A stretch of 64,000 nt of DNA from a bacterium (GTDB lineage: Bacteria > UBA8248 > JACPRG01 > G963555815): NCBI GenBank assembly GCA_965261595.1, contig CBDHDG010000006.1, forward strand, positions 512,001 to 576,000, written 5' to 3'. Both the position numbers and the translations under genes were made by a program. Shown piece by piece: positions 46,725 to 58,876 of the stretch (position 1 is the first letter of the stretch; every line of letters starts with the position of its first letter). Under the pieces are notes generated by a model that ran no database searches, had not been told where the DNA came from, and saw only the letters and a program-made list of their open reading frames with translations.

Positions 46725-47486
46725 ATGTCCGATGATGTCGTCATTCGCGTCCGCAACCTCCATCGCGCTTTCAACGGCCAGCAGGTGCTGGCGGGGGTGG
46801 ACTTGGACGTGCCGCACGGCGGGACGACGGTGGTCATCGGAAGGTCCGGCATCGGCAAGAGCGTTCTCCTGAAGCACATCATCGGCCTCATGAAACCCGA
46901 TGAAGGGAAAATCTGGATCGACGGCGAGGATGTCACGCCTTTGCCCATCAAAGAGATGGACCACGTCCGCCGGAAGTTCGGCATGCTGTTTCAGAACGCG
47001 GCCCTGTTCGACTCGATGAACGTTTTCGATAACGTCGCCTTCCCCCTGCGGGAGCACACCCGGTTGGACCGCGGGGAGATCGAAGATCGGGTCCGCGAAA
47101 AGCTTCGGCTGGTGGGCCTGGACGGGGCGGAGCACAAGATGCCTTCCGATCTCTCCGGCGGGATGCGCAAGCGCGTGGGCCTGGCCCGGGCGATTGCCCT
47201 GGACCCCCCCATCATCCTCTACGACGAGCCGACCACGGGGCTGGACCCCATCCTGTGCGACACGATCGACCGGCTCATCATGCGGATGCAGGAAGAGCTC
47301 GACGTGACCTCCGTGGTCATCAGCCACGACATCGAGGGGGCCTTCAAGATCGGCGACCGCATCGCCATGCTGCACGACGGCCGGATCCGGGCCTCCGGGA
47401 CGCCCGAGGAAATCAGGAACACGGAAGACCCCGTCGTCCGGCAGTTCATCACCGGAAGCGCCGACGGCCCCATCCAGGTCGTGTAA
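46725..47486 (+). CDS. MlaF/Mkl/Ttg2A-like ABC ATP-binding protein
   Basis: GRSGIGKS, GMLFQ.AALFDSM.V.DNVAFPLREH, LSGGMRKRVGLARA, YDEPT.GLDP, P.VRQF. Confidence 0.9.
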   Translation: MSDDVVIRVRNLHRAFNGQQVLAGVDLDVPHGGTTVVIGRSGIGKSVLLKHIIGLMKPDEGKIWIDGEDVTPLPIKEMDHVRRKFGMLFQNAALFDSMNVFDNVAFPLREHTRLDRGEIEDRVREKLRLVGLDGAEHKMPSDLSGGMRKRVGLARAIALDPPIILYDEPTTGLDPILCDTIDRLIMRMQEELDVTSVVISHDIEGAFKIGDRIAMLHDGRIRASGTPEEIRNTEDPVVRQFITGSADGPIQVV

Positions 47487-48650
<1,164 letters not shown>

Positions 48651-48688
48651 GCGGAAGAAGGCGGGGGGCTGTGAGCGGCCCGTCCCGA

Positions 48689-48717
48689 TTGACACCCGGA
48701 GGCTTGTCTGATAGTTA
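48689..48717 (+). promoter_or_regulatory. Putative sigma70 promoter for yajC-secDF
   Basis: TTGACA-N17-TAGTTA. Confidence 0.4.
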
Positions 48718-48774
48718 AGTACGGTTTCCATGAATGCCGCCGGGACGAACAGCGGCTGATGAGGAGATTGACCA

Positions 48775-49152
48775 GTGTGGGTTGATACAGCATATGCGCT
48801 CGGTGGAGGGCCCGGAGGCGGCGGGCCCGGTGGTGGCGGTTTCGGGCAGATGATCGTCGTTTTCGGCATGATCTTCGCCATCATGTATTTCCTGATGATC
48901 CGCCCGCAGCAGAAGAAACAGGCCGAACACCGGAGGATGCTGGACGGACTGGGCCCGGGCGATCAAGTGTTGACCTCCGGAGGGCTCTTCGGGATCGTCT
49001 CCAAGATCCGGGAAGACAAGGTCTGGCTCGATATCGCGGAAAACGTTCGCGTTCGCGTCCAGCGGTCCAACATCTCCTCGGTGGTCGGCAAAGGCGGCGG
49101 GCCGAAGTCCAAAGACGGCGGCGACAAGGATGAGGACAATGACGACGAGTAG
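48775..49152 (+). CDS. yajC: Preprotein translocase subunit YajC
   Basis: YFLMIRPQQKK...H..ML..L..GD.V.T.GG..G. Confidence 0.95.
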   Translation: MWVDTAYALGGGPGGGGPGGGGFGQMIVVFGMIFAIMYFLMIRPQQKKQAEHRRMLDGLGPGDQVLTSGGLFGIVSKIREDKVWLDIAENVRVRVQRSNISSVVGKGGGPKSKDGGDKDEDNDDE

Positions 49153-49370
49153 GGCAGCGTCCTTCCCGCTCCGCCGCTAACGGGCGGGGGGGGGGGGGGG
49201 GGAGAAAACGCAGCCGCTCATTTTCCGCTCCGTCCCAGGCGAAGCGGGGGTGCCTCGCCATTCCGGGCCGGGATCCACACCGGCCCGTCCTTTTTGATGG
49301 ATTCCCCTGTTTTTCATGACTTGTCGCGCCCATCATTTTTCAGACCGATACGGAGTGTGAGGCCGGGACC

Positions 49371-50912
49371 ATGAAATCGCCGTTCGCCTGGAAGATTGGG
49401 CTCATCGTCTTGGTGCTGACCGCTTCGCTCTGGTACGCCCTGCCCCTGAACAAGACCATCAAGCTGGGACTGGACCTCCAGGGCGGGATGCACCTCGTCC
49501 TCGAGGTCGAGGCCGAAAAAGCCATCGAAGGCTCGATGGAGCGCGCCTTCGGCGAGATCCGCGGCCGCCTGAACCGAAAAGGCGTTAAATACGTAAATTT
49601 CTCGCGCGAGGGCGACGTCCTGAAGGTTACGCTGCCGGAAAAGGGGGACCTCCAGAAAGTCTCGACCGTGGTTCAGGGCTTCCCCGACCTCCGGATGAAT
49701 CGCGAAAAGGGGAACACCCACCTCATCGAGATGGCCTCCGAGGCCAAGGACCGGGTGAAGGACCTGGCCGTCCGCCAGGCGCTTGAAACCATGCGAAACC
49801 GGATTGACCAGTTCGGCGTGTCCGAGCCCAGCCTCATCCGGCAGGGGGACCGTCGGCTCGTCATCCAGCTTCCGGGCATCAAGGACCCGGAGCGGGCCAA
49901 GCGCCTCATCGGCCAAACGGCCCTGCTGGAGTTCAAGCTGGTGGACGAGCGGAACAGCGTCGAGGACGCGCTCGCGGGCCGCGTCCCGCCCGGCAGCGAG
50001 ATCCTCTACCAGCCGGTCATCAACCGGAAAACCCGCAAGGTTGAGCGCCGAACCCCCTTCCTGCTCAAGCGCCGGACCGTTTTGACAGGGAACTCCCTGG
50101 TGGACGCGCGCGTGGAATTCGGCCAGTTCAGCCAGCCGCAGGTTTCCGTCCGGTTCGACGGCCGGGGGTCGCGGATTTTCGACCGGATCACCTCCGCCAA
50201 CGTCGGCAAACGCCTCGCCATCGTCCTGGACAAGCGCATCTACTCGGCCCCCGTGATTCAGGAACGCATCAGCGGGGGGAACGCGATCATCTCCGGGAGT
50301 TTCTCCGATGAAGAGGCCCGCGACCTGGCCATCGTCCTGCGGGCGGGCGCCCTGCCGGCCCCGGTGAAGATCCTCGAGGAGCGGACGGTGGGCCCCTCGC
50401 TCGGGCGGGACTCGATCCGCGCGGGGATCATCGCGATCATTGTCGGCGGCATCGTGGTTCTCATCTTCATGGTGGTCTACTACAAGCTTGCGGGATTCCT
50501 GGCCGACCTGGCCCTGGTCCTGAACCTGGTCATCATCATGGGGGTCCTGGCGGGATTCGGCGCCACGCTGACCCTGCCCGGAATCGCCGGGCTGATCCTC
50601 ACCGTGGGCATGGCCGTGGACGCCAACGTCCTGATCTTCGAGCGCATCCGGGAGGAGCTCCGCCTGGGAAAGACGATCCGGGCGGCGGTGGACCAGGGCT
50701 ACGGCCGGGCCTTCCTCACCATTCTGGACGCTAACGTAACGACCCTGATCGCGGCGCTCGTCCTCCTTCAATTCGGGACCGGTCCGGTCCGGGGGTTCGC
50801 CGTCACGCTCGCGGTCGGAATTCTGGCCAGCATGTTCACCGCCGTCTTCGTGACCCGGGTGGTGTTCGATGGGGTCCTGAGCCGCCGCGAGGTGCGCGCG
50901 CTCAGCATTTAG
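49371..50912 (+). CDS. secD: Protein translocase subunit SecD
   Basis: LGLDLQGG, RNRIDQFGVSEP, LRAGALPAP, GMAVDANVLIFERIREE. Confidence 0.97.
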   Translation: MKSPFAWKIGLIVLVLTASLWYALPLNKTIKLGLDLQGGMHLVLEVEAEKAIEGSMERAFGEIRGRLNRKGVKYVNFSREGDVLKVTLPEKGDLQKVSTVVQGFPDLRMNREKGNTHLIEMASEAKDRVKDLAVRQALETMRNRIDQFGVSEPSLIRQGDRRLVIQLPGIKDPERAKRLIGQTALLEFKLVDERNSVEDALAGRVPPGSEILYQPVINRKTRKVERRTPFLLKRRTVLTGNSLVDARVEFGQFSQPQVSVRFDGRGSRIFDRITSANVGKRLAIVLDKRIYSAPVIQERISGGNAIISGSFSDEEARDLAIVLRAGALPAPVKILEERTVGPSLGRDSIRAGIIAIIVGGIVVLIFMVVYYKLAGFLADLALVLNLVIIMGVLAGFGATLTLPGIAGLILTVGMAVDANVLIFERIREELRLGKTIRAAVDQGYGRAFLTILDANVTTLIAALVLLQFGTGPVRGFAVTLAVGILASMFTAVFVTRVVFDGVLSRREVRALSI

Positions 50913-50931
50913 GAGCATAGAGGAAACCGCC

Positions 50932-51864
50932 GTGCAGTTCTTCAACCCCGACTCTAGAATCAATTTCATCGGATTGCGCAAGCAGGCCCTCGTGCTTTCG
51001 AGCGTGGCGATTCTGGTGGGGGTCGCGGCGCTCCTCTTCCGAGGCGGGCCGAACTACGGGATCGATTTCCTCGGGGGAACGATGGTCCAGGTCCGGTTTG
51101 AGTCGCCCAAGCCGATCGGTCTCGTCCGGGAGGCCATGGGAAAGCTGAGCGTCGGTGAGGTCGTGGTTCAGGAGTTCGGGGATCCGCGGGAGGTTCTGAT
51201 CCGCGTCGAGAAGTCCAACGTGGAGGTGAGCGAGCTGTCGGGACTCATCCGGAAGACCCTGGCCGAGACGTTCGGCGGAAAGGACGCCTTCGAAGTGCGG
51301 CGCGTGGAATCGGTCGGCCCCACCGTGGGCGCGGACCTCAGGCGGAAAGCCCTGCTGGCCATGCTCTACGCGATGGTCGGGATCCTGATTTACATCTCGT
51401 GGCGCTTCGAGTTCCGGTTCGCCGTCGCCGCCATCGCCGCCCTGGCGCACGACATCCTGATCACCATCTCGGCCTTCGCCGTCCTGGACCTGGAATTCAC
51501 GCTTCCGGTCATCGCGGCGATCCTGACCATCATCGGCTACTCGCTGAACGACACCATCGTCGTGTTCGACCGCATCCGCGAGAACCTGAAAGGCCTCCGC
51601 AAGGAGTCCATCGGAGAGCTGATCAACATCAGCATCAACCAGACGATCAGCCGGACAATCCTCACGTCGGGAACAACGCTGTTCGTCGTCCTGGCGCTTT
51701 ATTTCTACGGGGGCGAGGTCATCCGGGGGTTCACCTTCGCGCTTCTGGTCGGCATCCTCGCCGGGACGTATTCCTCGATCTACATCGCCGCGCCCATCAT
51801 CCTCGCCTGGACGCCGGCCTCTGCCACCGCCACGTCCCTCCGGAAGCGGAAAAAAGGCGCGTAA
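50932..51864 (+). CDS. secF: Protein translocase subunit SecF
   Basis: GIDF.GG, VGPTVG.DL, GYSLNDTIVVFDRIRE, GTYSSIYIA. Confidence 0.97.
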   Translation: MQFFNPDSRINFIGLRKQALVLSSVAILVGVAALLFRGGPNYGIDFLGGTMVQVRFESPKPIGLVREAMGKLSVGEVVVQEFGDPREVLIRVEKSNVEVSELSGLIRKTLAETFGGKDAFEVRRVESVGPTVGADLRRKALLAMLYAMVGILIYISWRFEFRFAVAAIAALAHDILITISAFAVLDLEFTLPVIAAILTIIGYSLNDTIVVFDRIRENLKGLRKESIGELINISINQTISRTILTSGTTLFVVLALYFYGGEVIRGFTFALLVGILAGTYSSIYIAAPIILAWTPASATATSLRKRKKGA

Positions 51865-51946
51865 TCCGCGCGGGATATAAAGCTTTCGAGGGAGAGCGGG
51901 GCGACAGACCCAAGCGGGCCGCGTCTCAAAACGTCGCCAAGAAAAT

Positions 51947-53167
51947 TTATTCCTCTTGCGGTTTTTCACCCTCAACCGCCGCGCGCATCATCAGGCGCAG
52001 GGCGTTGAGGCGGATGAATCCCTCCGCGTGGCGCTGATCGTAGACCTCATCGGCTTCGAACGTGGCGTGCTCACCGCTGTAGAGGGAGCGGGGGGCCTTC
52101 CGGCCGACGACCGCGCACGAGCCCTTGAACAGCTTCACCCGGGCCGTCCCCGTGACGGTCTCCGCCGCCTTGTCCACCGCCGCCTGGAGCATCTCCCGCT
52201 CGGGCGCAAACCAGAAACCGTAGTAGACCTGCTCGGCGTATTTCGGCATGAGCTGATCGCGCAGGTGTAGGGCCTCCCGGTCCAGGACGATGGACTCCAG
52301 CCCCGAGCGCGCGGCGTGCAGGAGGGTCCCGCCCGGGGTCTCGTAGACCCCCCTCGACTTGATGCCGACGAAGCGGTTCTCCACCAGATCGGCCCGACCG
52401 ATTCCGTGCGCGCCCGCCAGGACGTTGAGCCGGGCCAGGAGGCTCCCCGGCGTATACGCCTCGCCGTTCACGGCCACCGGGTCGCCCCGCTCGAACTCGA
52501 TCTCGACGTACTCGGGCTTTTCGGGGGCCTTCTCGGGCGAGACCGTCAGGACGTACATGTCCTCCGGGGCCTCGGACCAGGGATCCTCCAGGATGCCGCC
52601 CTCGAAGCTGAGGTGGAGGAGATTGCGGTCCGTGCTGTAGGGCCTTGCCTTCGTGACGGGGACCGGGATGCCGTGGGACTTGGCGTAGGCGATGAGGTCC
52701 TCCCGGCCCTTGAAGTCCCATTCCCGCCAGGGGGCGATGATCCGGATCTTCGGATCGACGGCCAGGTAGGTCAGCTCGAAGCGGACCTGGTCGTTGCCTT
52801 TGCCGGTGGCCCCGTGCGCGACGGCGTCGGCCCCGACGCGGCGGGCGAGGTCCATCTGGGCCTTGGCGATGAGGGGCCGGGCGATGGATGTCCCCAGCAG
52901 GTATCCCCCCTCGTAGACGGCCCCCGCGCGGATGATGGGGAAAACGTAGTCCCGGACGAACTCCTCCCGGAGGTCCTCCACGAAACATTCCTCCGCCCCG
53001 GTCTTCAGGGCCTTTTCGCGGACGGCCTCCAGATCCTCCCCCTGGCCGACGTCCGCGACGAAGGCGACGACCGGGCATCCGTAGGTCTCCCGGAGCCACT
53101 GGATGATGACCGAAGTGTCGAGCCCGCCCGAGTAGGCCAGGACGATCTTGTTCACGTCTTTGCTCAA
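51947..53167 (-). CDS. argG: Argininosuccinate synthase
   Basis: [44 protein letters not shown]. Confidence 0.97.
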   Translation of the reverse strand: MSKDVNKIVLAYSGGLDTSVIIQWLRETYGCPVVAFVADVGQGEDLEAVREKALKTGAEECFVEDLREEFVRDYVFPIIRAGAVYEGGYLLGTSIARPLIAKAQMDLARRVGADAVAHGATGKGNDQVRFELTYLAVDPKIRIIAPWREWDFKGREDLIAYAKSHGIPVPVTKARPYSTDRNLLHLSFEGGILEDPWSEAPEDMYVLTVSPEKAPEKPEYVEIEFERGDPVAVNGEAYTPGSLLARLNVLAGAHGIGRADLVENRFVGIKSRGVYETPGGTLLHAARSGLESIVLDREALHLRDQLMPKYAEQVYYGFWFAPEREMLQAAVDKAAETVTGTARVKLFKGSCAVVGRKAPRSLYSGEHATFEADEVYDQRHAEGFIRLNALRLMMRAAVEGEKPQEE

Positions 53168-53171
53168 GGCG

Positions 53172-54119
53172 TTATCCTTCTGATTTGCTGGCCATCAACG
53201 CAACAAGAATCCCCTTCTGGACGTGGAGCCGGTTTTCCGCCTGATCGAAGACGACGCTTTGCGGCCCGTCCATGACCTCGTCGGTGATCTCCTCGCCCCG
53301 GTGGGCGGGGAGGCAATGCATGACGATGGCCTCGGGATCGGCGGCGGCGAGGAGCCCGGCGTTGACCTGAAAGCCCTCGAACTTCGACAGCCGGGCCGCG
53401 CGCTCCTTCTCGGCCCCCATGCTGACCCAGGTGTCGGTATAAATCACATGGGCCTCCCGGACAGCCTCTTCGGGGTCGTTGCCGATCTCGATCTTCGCGC
53501 CGCTGGCGGACGCCAGGTCCCGGGCGCGGCGGATGATGTCCGGATTCGCCGGGTGAGCCTCCGGCGCGGCCAGGGAGAAGCGCAGACCCAGCTTTCCCGC
53601 CGCGAGAAGCCAGGAGTTGGCCACGTTGTTGCCGTCCCCCACATAGGCGATCCCGCAATCCGTCCATTCGGGGCCCCGCCCCCCGGGGAATCTCTGCCGG
53701 ATGGTGTAGAGATCGGCCAAGACCTGGCAGGGGTGTTCCAGATCCGTGAGGCCGTTGATCACCGGAACGGTCCCGAACTCCGCCAGACCCTCGACGTCGG
53801 CCGGGTCGAAGGTGCGGATCATGATCCCGTCCACGTATCGTGAGAGGACCCGGGCGGTGTCGGCGATGGTCTCCCCCCGGCCGATCTGGATCTCGTCCTC
53901 CCGAAGGATGATCGAATCCCCGCCCAGCTCCTTCATGCCCACGTGGAAGGAGATCCGGGTCCGGGTGGAGGGTTTGCGGAAGATCATGGCGAGCGTCTTG
54001 CCCCGAAGCGGGGCGACGGTCTTCCCCGAGCACCGGGCCTCCAAAAGCTCATCGACCCGCTCGAAGAGGGCGTGGACCTCCTCCGCGCTGATGTCGTCCA
54101 GGCTGACCAGATGCTTCAC
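53172..54119 (-). CDS. argF: Ornithine carbamoyltransferase
   Basis: [35 protein letters not shown]. Confidence 0.97.
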   Translation of the reverse strand: MKHLVSLDDISAEEVHALFERVDELLEARCSGKTVAPLRGKTLAMIFRKPSTRTRISFHVGMKELGGDSIILREDEIQIGRGETIADTARVLSRYVDGIMIRTFDPADVEGLAEFGTVPVINGLTDLEHPCQVLADLYTIRQRFPGGRGPEWTDCGIAYVGDGNNVANSWLLAAGKLGLRFSLAAPEAHPANPDIIRRARDLASASGAKIEIGNDPEEAVREAHVIYTDTWVSMGAEKERAARLSKFEGFQVNAGLLAAADPEAIVMHCLPAHRGEEITDEVMDGPQSVVFDQAENRLHVQKGILVALMASKSEG

Positions 54120-54132
54120 GAGTTGCCTTTCC

Positions 54133-54430
54133 GCCGCGGGGGGCGCTTTTTGAAAGGCGCCCCCCCCCCCGCAAAACTTTCATTAGTGCGATGGTGTGCT
54201 TCGCACACTATCGCAAAAACTGGCATATTGGCCGGATGCTGCGGCCGCCGAAGACACGCAAGTGTCGTAGGCGGACGGGCATCCGGTCAACGACTGACGC
54301 CGTCGATGGGCCACAGACAAACAGTCCTGTTTACCTGACACCCACCCCCAGCAAGGCCCGGCTTTGCCGGGCCGCAAAAAGTTTTTCGGGGGGTCCAGGG
54401 GGGCGGTTTTTCAAAAAAGCCCCCCTGGAA
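54133..54430. repeat. Structured intergenic element bounded by inverted palindromic repeats (MITE-like or ncRNA)
   Basis: Left GGGGGCGCTTTTTGAAAGGCGCCCCC...GCAAAACTTT and right AAAGTTTTTCGGGGGGTCCAGGGGGGCGGTTTTTCAAAAAAGCCCCCC are related inverted copies; three internal hairpins. Confidence 0.6.
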
Positions 54431-54441
54431 GAACCTGTCCA

Positions 54442-55653
54442 TTATTTATCGCTCCCATTAATGCTTTTCCCGGGAAGGATCTCGTCCAGGAGGGCCAGGA
54501 GGCGGTCGATGTCGGCCTGGGTGATCGTCAAGGGCGGCAGGAACCGGAGGACGTTGCCCATCGTGCAGTTGATCAGGAACCCCCGCTCCATGGCCTGAAG
54601 GACGTAGTCCGGGCCGTCGTGGTCGAGCTCGACGCCGACGAGCAGGCCCCGGCCCCGAACCTCCCGGATGCAGGGATGGCCTTCCCGGAGGGTCTCCAGG
54701 CCGGAGGCGAGATAGGCCCCCATCTCCCGGCAGTTCTCCAGAAGCCCCCCTTCCGCCAGAACGTCCATGGCCGCCACACCCGCCGCCGTCGCCAGGTAAT
54801 TCCCCCCGAACGTGCTGGCGTGCGTGCCGGGGCCGAGGGCGGAGATATAGGGCTCCTTGGCCACCAGGGCCCCGATGGCCGTCCCCCCCGCCAGGGATTT
54901 GGCGAGGGTCATGGCGTCCGGCTCAACGCCGTCATGCTCATAGGCGAACAGCGTTCCCGTCCGGCCCATCCCCGTCTGAACCTCGTCGAAGATGAGGACC
55001 AGGTCCCGCTCGTCGCACAGCCGGCGCAGGCCGGCCAGGTAACCCTCGCCCGGGACGTTGACGCCCCCTTCCCCCTGGATCGGCTCCACCAGAATGGCGC
55101 ACGTCGCGTCGGTCACGGCGACCCCGGCGGCCTCCAGGTCGTCGAAGGGGACGTGGACGAATCCGGGAGAGGGCGGATAAAAGCCCTTGCTAAATTTCTC
55201 CTGTCCCGTGGCGGCGATGGTCGCCAGCGTCCGGCCGTGAAAGGAGTCCAGCATCGTGAGGATGTCGCCCCGGCCCTCGCCGTACTTGTCGAAACTGTAC
55301 TTGCGGGCCAGCTTGATGGCCGCCTCGTTGGCCTCGCCGCCGCTGTTGCAGAAAAAAACCTTATCGCCGAAGGAGGATTCCACCAGCCGCTTCGCCAGCT
55401 CGATCTGGGGCGGGATGTGGAACAGGTTCGAGGTGTGGATCAGCGTCCCCGCCTGCTCGCGGATGGCCTCGACCACTTTGGGGTGGCAGTGTCCCAGGTT
55501 GATGACCGCCAGGCCCGCGACGAAGTCGGTGTACTCCTTGCCGTCCGCGTCCCAGAGGCGGGTGTCCTTTCCCCGGACGGGGACCATGGCGTACCGGCCG
55601 TAGGTCTTGGCGACGTATTTTTCCGCTTCGCGGATGTAATCTTCGGTTGGCAT
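54442..55653 (-). CDS. argD: Acetylornithine aminotransferase
   Basis: NLGHCHP, FCNSG.EANE.AIK, SFHGRT, EPIQGEGG, FDEVQTG.GRTG, LAKSL.GG, RFLPPL; arg operon context. Confidence 0.95.
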   Translation of the reverse strand: MPTEDYIREAEKYVAKTYGRYAMVPVRGKDTRLWDADGKEYTDFVAGLAVINLGHCHPKVVEAIREQAGTLIHTSNLFHIPPQIELAKRLVESSFGDKVFFCNSGGEANEAAIKLARKYSFDKYGEGRGDILTMLDSFHGRTLATIAATGQEKFSKGFYPPSPGFVHVPFDDLEAAGVAVTDATCAILVEPIQGEGGVNVPGEGYLAGLRRLCDERDLVLIFDEVQTGMGRTGTLFAYEHDGVEPDAMTLAKSLAGGTAIGALVAKEPYISALGPGTHASTFGGNYLATAAGVAAMDVLAEGGLLENCREMGAYLASGLETLREGHPCIREVRGRGLLVGVELDHDGPDYVLQAMERGFLINCTMGNVLRFLPPLTITQADIDRLLALLDEILPGKSINGSDK

Positions 55654-55715
55654 GTCGACCCCTTCCCTCTGTCCAAAGGCAAACGCCCGAGACAGGCGTC
55701 CCCGCTTGGCGCTTC

Positions 55716-56606
55716 TTATTCCCGCCGGTCCAGGACGATCTCCGTCCCGATCCCCTGGTCGGTGAAAACCTCCAGGAGGATCGAGTGGGGGACCCGGCCG
55801 TCGATGATGTGGGCCTTTCCGACCCCGGCCTCGAGGGCCCGCAGACAGGCGTCCGCCTTGGGCAACATTCCGCCGGCGATCACGCCCCGGCTCTGAAGGG
55901 ACAGAACCGTGTCTTTGTCCAAAGAGGTCAGGAGGCCGCCGTCATCGTCCTGGATCCCCGCAACGTCCGTCAGCACTACAATCTTCTCGGCCCGCAGGGC
56001 GCCCGCGATGTGTCCGGCGGCCGTATCCGCGTTGATGTTGTAAAGCGCGCCGTCTTCGCCGACGCCCATCGGGGCGACGACGGGGATGAATCCGCTTTCG
56101 GTCAAAAGCTCCAACAGGCCGGTCCGGACTTCCCGAATCTCTCCCACCATGCCCAAATCCGGCGGCTCGCCCTCCCAGCCGTCGGGGGGGTCGATCTGGA
56201 GCTTGCGGGTCTGAAGGGTTCCCCCGTCCACGCCGGAGAGCCCGACGGCGCGCCCGCCGTGCGCGTTGATCCAGCCGACGATCTCCTTGTTCACCTTGCC
56301 GCCCAAGACCATGGAGACAATATCCATCGTCTCCTTGTCGGTGACGCGGAGGCCCATGACGAACCGGGTCTCTTTGCCCTGGCGCTCCAGCACCTCGCCG
56401 ATTTGGGGGCCGCCGCCGTGGACGATGACCGTCCGGATGCCGATGTAGCTCAGAAGCGTTACGTCCTCGGCGAAGGATTCGCGCAGGTCCGCCTGGTCCA
56501 TGGCGGCCCCGCCGTATTTCACGACGACCGTCTTGCCGTGGAAGCGGCGGATGTAAGGCAGGGCCTGGACGAGGACGTTCGTCTTGTCGCCGGGTGTCAG
56601 GTTCAT
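55716..56606 (-). CDS. argB: Acetylglutamate kinase
   Basis: ALPYI..F.GK..VVKYGG.AM, VHGGGPQI, YNINAD.AA, GGM.PK, HSILLE.FT..G.GT. Confidence 0.96.
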   Translation of the reverse strand: MNLTPGDKTNVLVQALPYIRRFHGKTVVVKYGGAAMDQADLRESFAEDVTLLSYIGIRTVIVHGGGPQIGEVLERQGKETRFVMGLRVTDKETMDIVSMVLGGKVNKEIVGWINAHGGRAVGLSGVDGGTLQTRKLQIDPPDGWEGEPPDLGMVGEIREVRTGLLELLTESGFIPVVAPMGVGEDGALYNINADTAAGHIAGALRAEKIVVLTDVAGIQDDDGGLLTSLDKDTVLSLQSRGVIAGGMLPKADACLRALEAGVGKAHIIDGRVPHSILLEVFTDQGIGTEIVLDRRE

Positions 56607-56726
56607 CGCGCGGATCGCTCTCGCTGGGAATGGCCGGATCGAGTTCATCATTATGGACCCGGCCCGGCGGGGTTTCAACTGAATATGAAGGAAGAATCCC
56701 GAGAGAGGAGGTGCGGAGAGACGCCT

Positions 56727-57389
56727 TCAGTCGTCCAGAAGCGGAACGATTTCAGAAAGCAGCCGGACGGTCAGGGGGTGGTCGCCGGTCTCGGAATGTG
56801 AAAGCGACGCCTCTGAGCGCTTGATGAGGATTCCCCGCCACCCGGCCGCTTCGGCGGCCAAAACATCCTTTTCCAGGTTGTCCCCGACCATCGTCAAACG
56901 CTCCGGCCCCAGACCCAGGCGGTCGGCCGTCCACTGAAAGATTCTCGGGTCCGGCTTGAGAAGGCCGCATTCGAAAGAGTAGCACGTCACGTCGAAAAGG
57001 CCGGCGAGACCCATCTCGCGAATGAAATTCAGGCCGAAGGATTGGGTGTTGGTCAAAAGGGCGAGGCGGAAACGGGGACGCAATTCTCTCAAGACCGGCA
57101 GGACGCCGTCGAACAGCCGGGTGGAGCGATCGGCGCGCCGGAAGACCTCTACAAACGGCGCGGGGCTCGTCGGGGAAAGGCCCGCGGCCTCTTCCACGCG
57201 CCGGAGGGCCTCCTCGATCCCCGGGACCGGCTCGGCCATGTAGGCCCGCTCGATGAGGTCCCCCCAGTCCGGCCGGGACAAGACGCCCAGCCGCTCCGCC
57301 ATCCAGACGACCGGGTTGGGGGAGACGTCGGCATACGCCAGGGTGTTCCACAGGTCGAAGACAACGCCCCGGTTTCGTGGGTCGGTCAT
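56727..57389 (-). CDS. HAD-family hydrolase
   Basis: VVFDLWNTL, LLTN, KPDPRIF, MVGDNLEKDV. Confidence 0.88.
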   Translation of the reverse strand: MTDPRNRGVVFDLWNTLAYADVSPNPVVWMAERLGVLSRPDWGDLIERAYMAEPVPGIEEALRRVEEAAGLSPTSPAPFVEVFRRADRSTRLFDGVLPVLRELRPRFRLALLTNTQSFGLNFIREMGLAGLFDVTCYSFECGLLKPDPRIFQWTADRLGLGPERLTMVGDNLEKDVLAAEAAGWRGILIKRSEASLSHSETGDHPLTVRLLSEIVPLLDD

Positions 57390-57429
57390 GGATTTCGCGC
57401 GTCGGGGCCGTAGAGCCGGCCCCGGCGGG

Positions 57430-58875
57430 TCACAGGATGTACCGGCTGTAGTCCTCGTCCTGGACAACGTCGGCGAGGCGTTCCTGGACGTAGGCGGCGT
57501 CGATGGCGACCTCCTTGTCTTCCATGTCGGACGCTTCGAAGGAGATCTCTTCCAGGAGGCGCTCCATGATGGTGTGCAGGCGGCGGGCGCCGATGTTCTC
57601 GGTCCGGCCGTTCACCTGGGCCGCCAGGCGGGCCACTTCCCGGATGGCCTCGGGCGCGAAATCGAGGGTCATCCCCTCGGTCGCCAGAAGCTCGGTGTAC
57701 TGCCGGATGAGGGCGTTCTCCGGCTCGGTGAGGATGCGGACGAACTCGTCCTCGCCCAGGGCCTCGAGCTCGACCCGGATGGGGAAGCGCCCCTGAAGCT
57801 CCGGGATCAGGTCCGAGGGCTTGGACATGTGAAAGGCCCCGGCCGCGATGAACAGGATGTGGTCGGTCCGGACGGGCCCGTACTTCGTGGGGACGGTGGA
57901 GCCTTCCACGATGGGCAGGATGTCGCGCTGGACCCCTTCCCGGGAAATGTCGGCCCCGTGGGCCTGGCCGCGGCTCGCCACCTTGTCCAGCTCGTCGATG
58001 AACACAATGCCCGATTCCTCGACCCGCTCGACGGCCTCCAGGACGACCTTGTCCTTGTCGACCAGCTTCGCGGTCTCCTCCTCCACGAAGAGCTTCAGGG
58101 CCTCGGGCACCTTGACCTTCTGGACCTTCTTCTTCTCCGGGAGGATATTGCCGAGCATCTCCTTGAGGTTGATGTCCAGGTCCTCGAGACCCGCGCCCGG
58201 CATGACACCGATGACCGGAGAGACCTGAAGGGTCGTCTCGATCTCGATCTGCCGGTCGTCCAGCTTGCCCGCGAAGAGCAGATCCCGGAGCTTTTCCCGC
58301 GTGTTCCGGCCGCTGGAGACGGGAGGGGGGGGAGGGGGGGGCGGCGGGTCCCGCGGGGGGGTCTCGGGACCGATGTAGTCGAACCGCTGCCCCCCGTTCC
58401 CTTCGCCGGCGAGCCGTTCGCTCTTCTCCCACCGGGCCGCCTCAAGGATTTCCCGCTCGCCGTTGGGGAGCAAGGCGTCCAACAGCCGCTCCAGCGCCAG
58501 ATCCTTCGCCCGGGTCTCGACGTCTTTGCGGTGCTCCGCCTCCACGGTGTTCATCGCGTTGGCGACCAGGTCGCGGATCATGCTCTCCACGTCCCGGCCC
58601 ACGTACCCGACCTCCGTGTACTTGGTGGCCTCGACCTTGATGAAGGGGCTCTTGGCCATCCGGGCCAGGCGCCGGGCGATCTCCGTCTTGCCCACGCCGG
58701 TGGGTCCGATCATGATGATGTTCTTCGGCGACACTTCCTCGCGGAGCTCAGGGCCGAGCCGGCGCCGGCGCCAGCGGTTCCGCAGGGCGACGGCCACGGC
58801 GCACTTGGCGTTTTTCTGGCCGATGATGTACCGGTCCAGCTCTTCGACGATCTGCCGGGGGGTCATGTCTTCCAT
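57430..58875 (-). CDS. hslU: ATP-dependent protease ATPase subunit HslU
   Basis: [65 protein letters not shown]. Confidence 0.97.
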   Translation of the reverse strand: MEDMTPRQIVEELDRYIIGQKNAKCAVAVALRNRWRRRRLGPELREEVSPKNIIMIGPTGVGKTEIARRLARMAKSPFIKVEATKYTEVGYVGRDVESMIRDLVANAMNTVEAEHRKDVETRAKDLALERLLDALLPNGEREILEAARWEKSERLAGEGNGGQRFDYIGPETPPRDPPPPPPPPPVSSGRNTREKLRDLLFAGKLDDRQIEIETTLQVSPVIGVMPGAGLEDLDINLKEMLGNILPEKKKVQKVKVPEALKLFVEEETAKLVDKDKVVLEAVERVEESGIVFIDELDKVASRGQAHGADISREGVQRDILPIVEGSTVPTKYGPVRTDHILFIAAGAFHMSKPSDLIPELQGRFPIRVELEALGEDEFVRILTEPENALIRQYTELLATEGMTLDFAPEAIREVARLAAQVNGRTENIGARRLHTIMERLLEEISFEASDMEDKEVAIDAAYVQERLADVVQDEDYSRYIL

Positions 58876-58876
58876 A

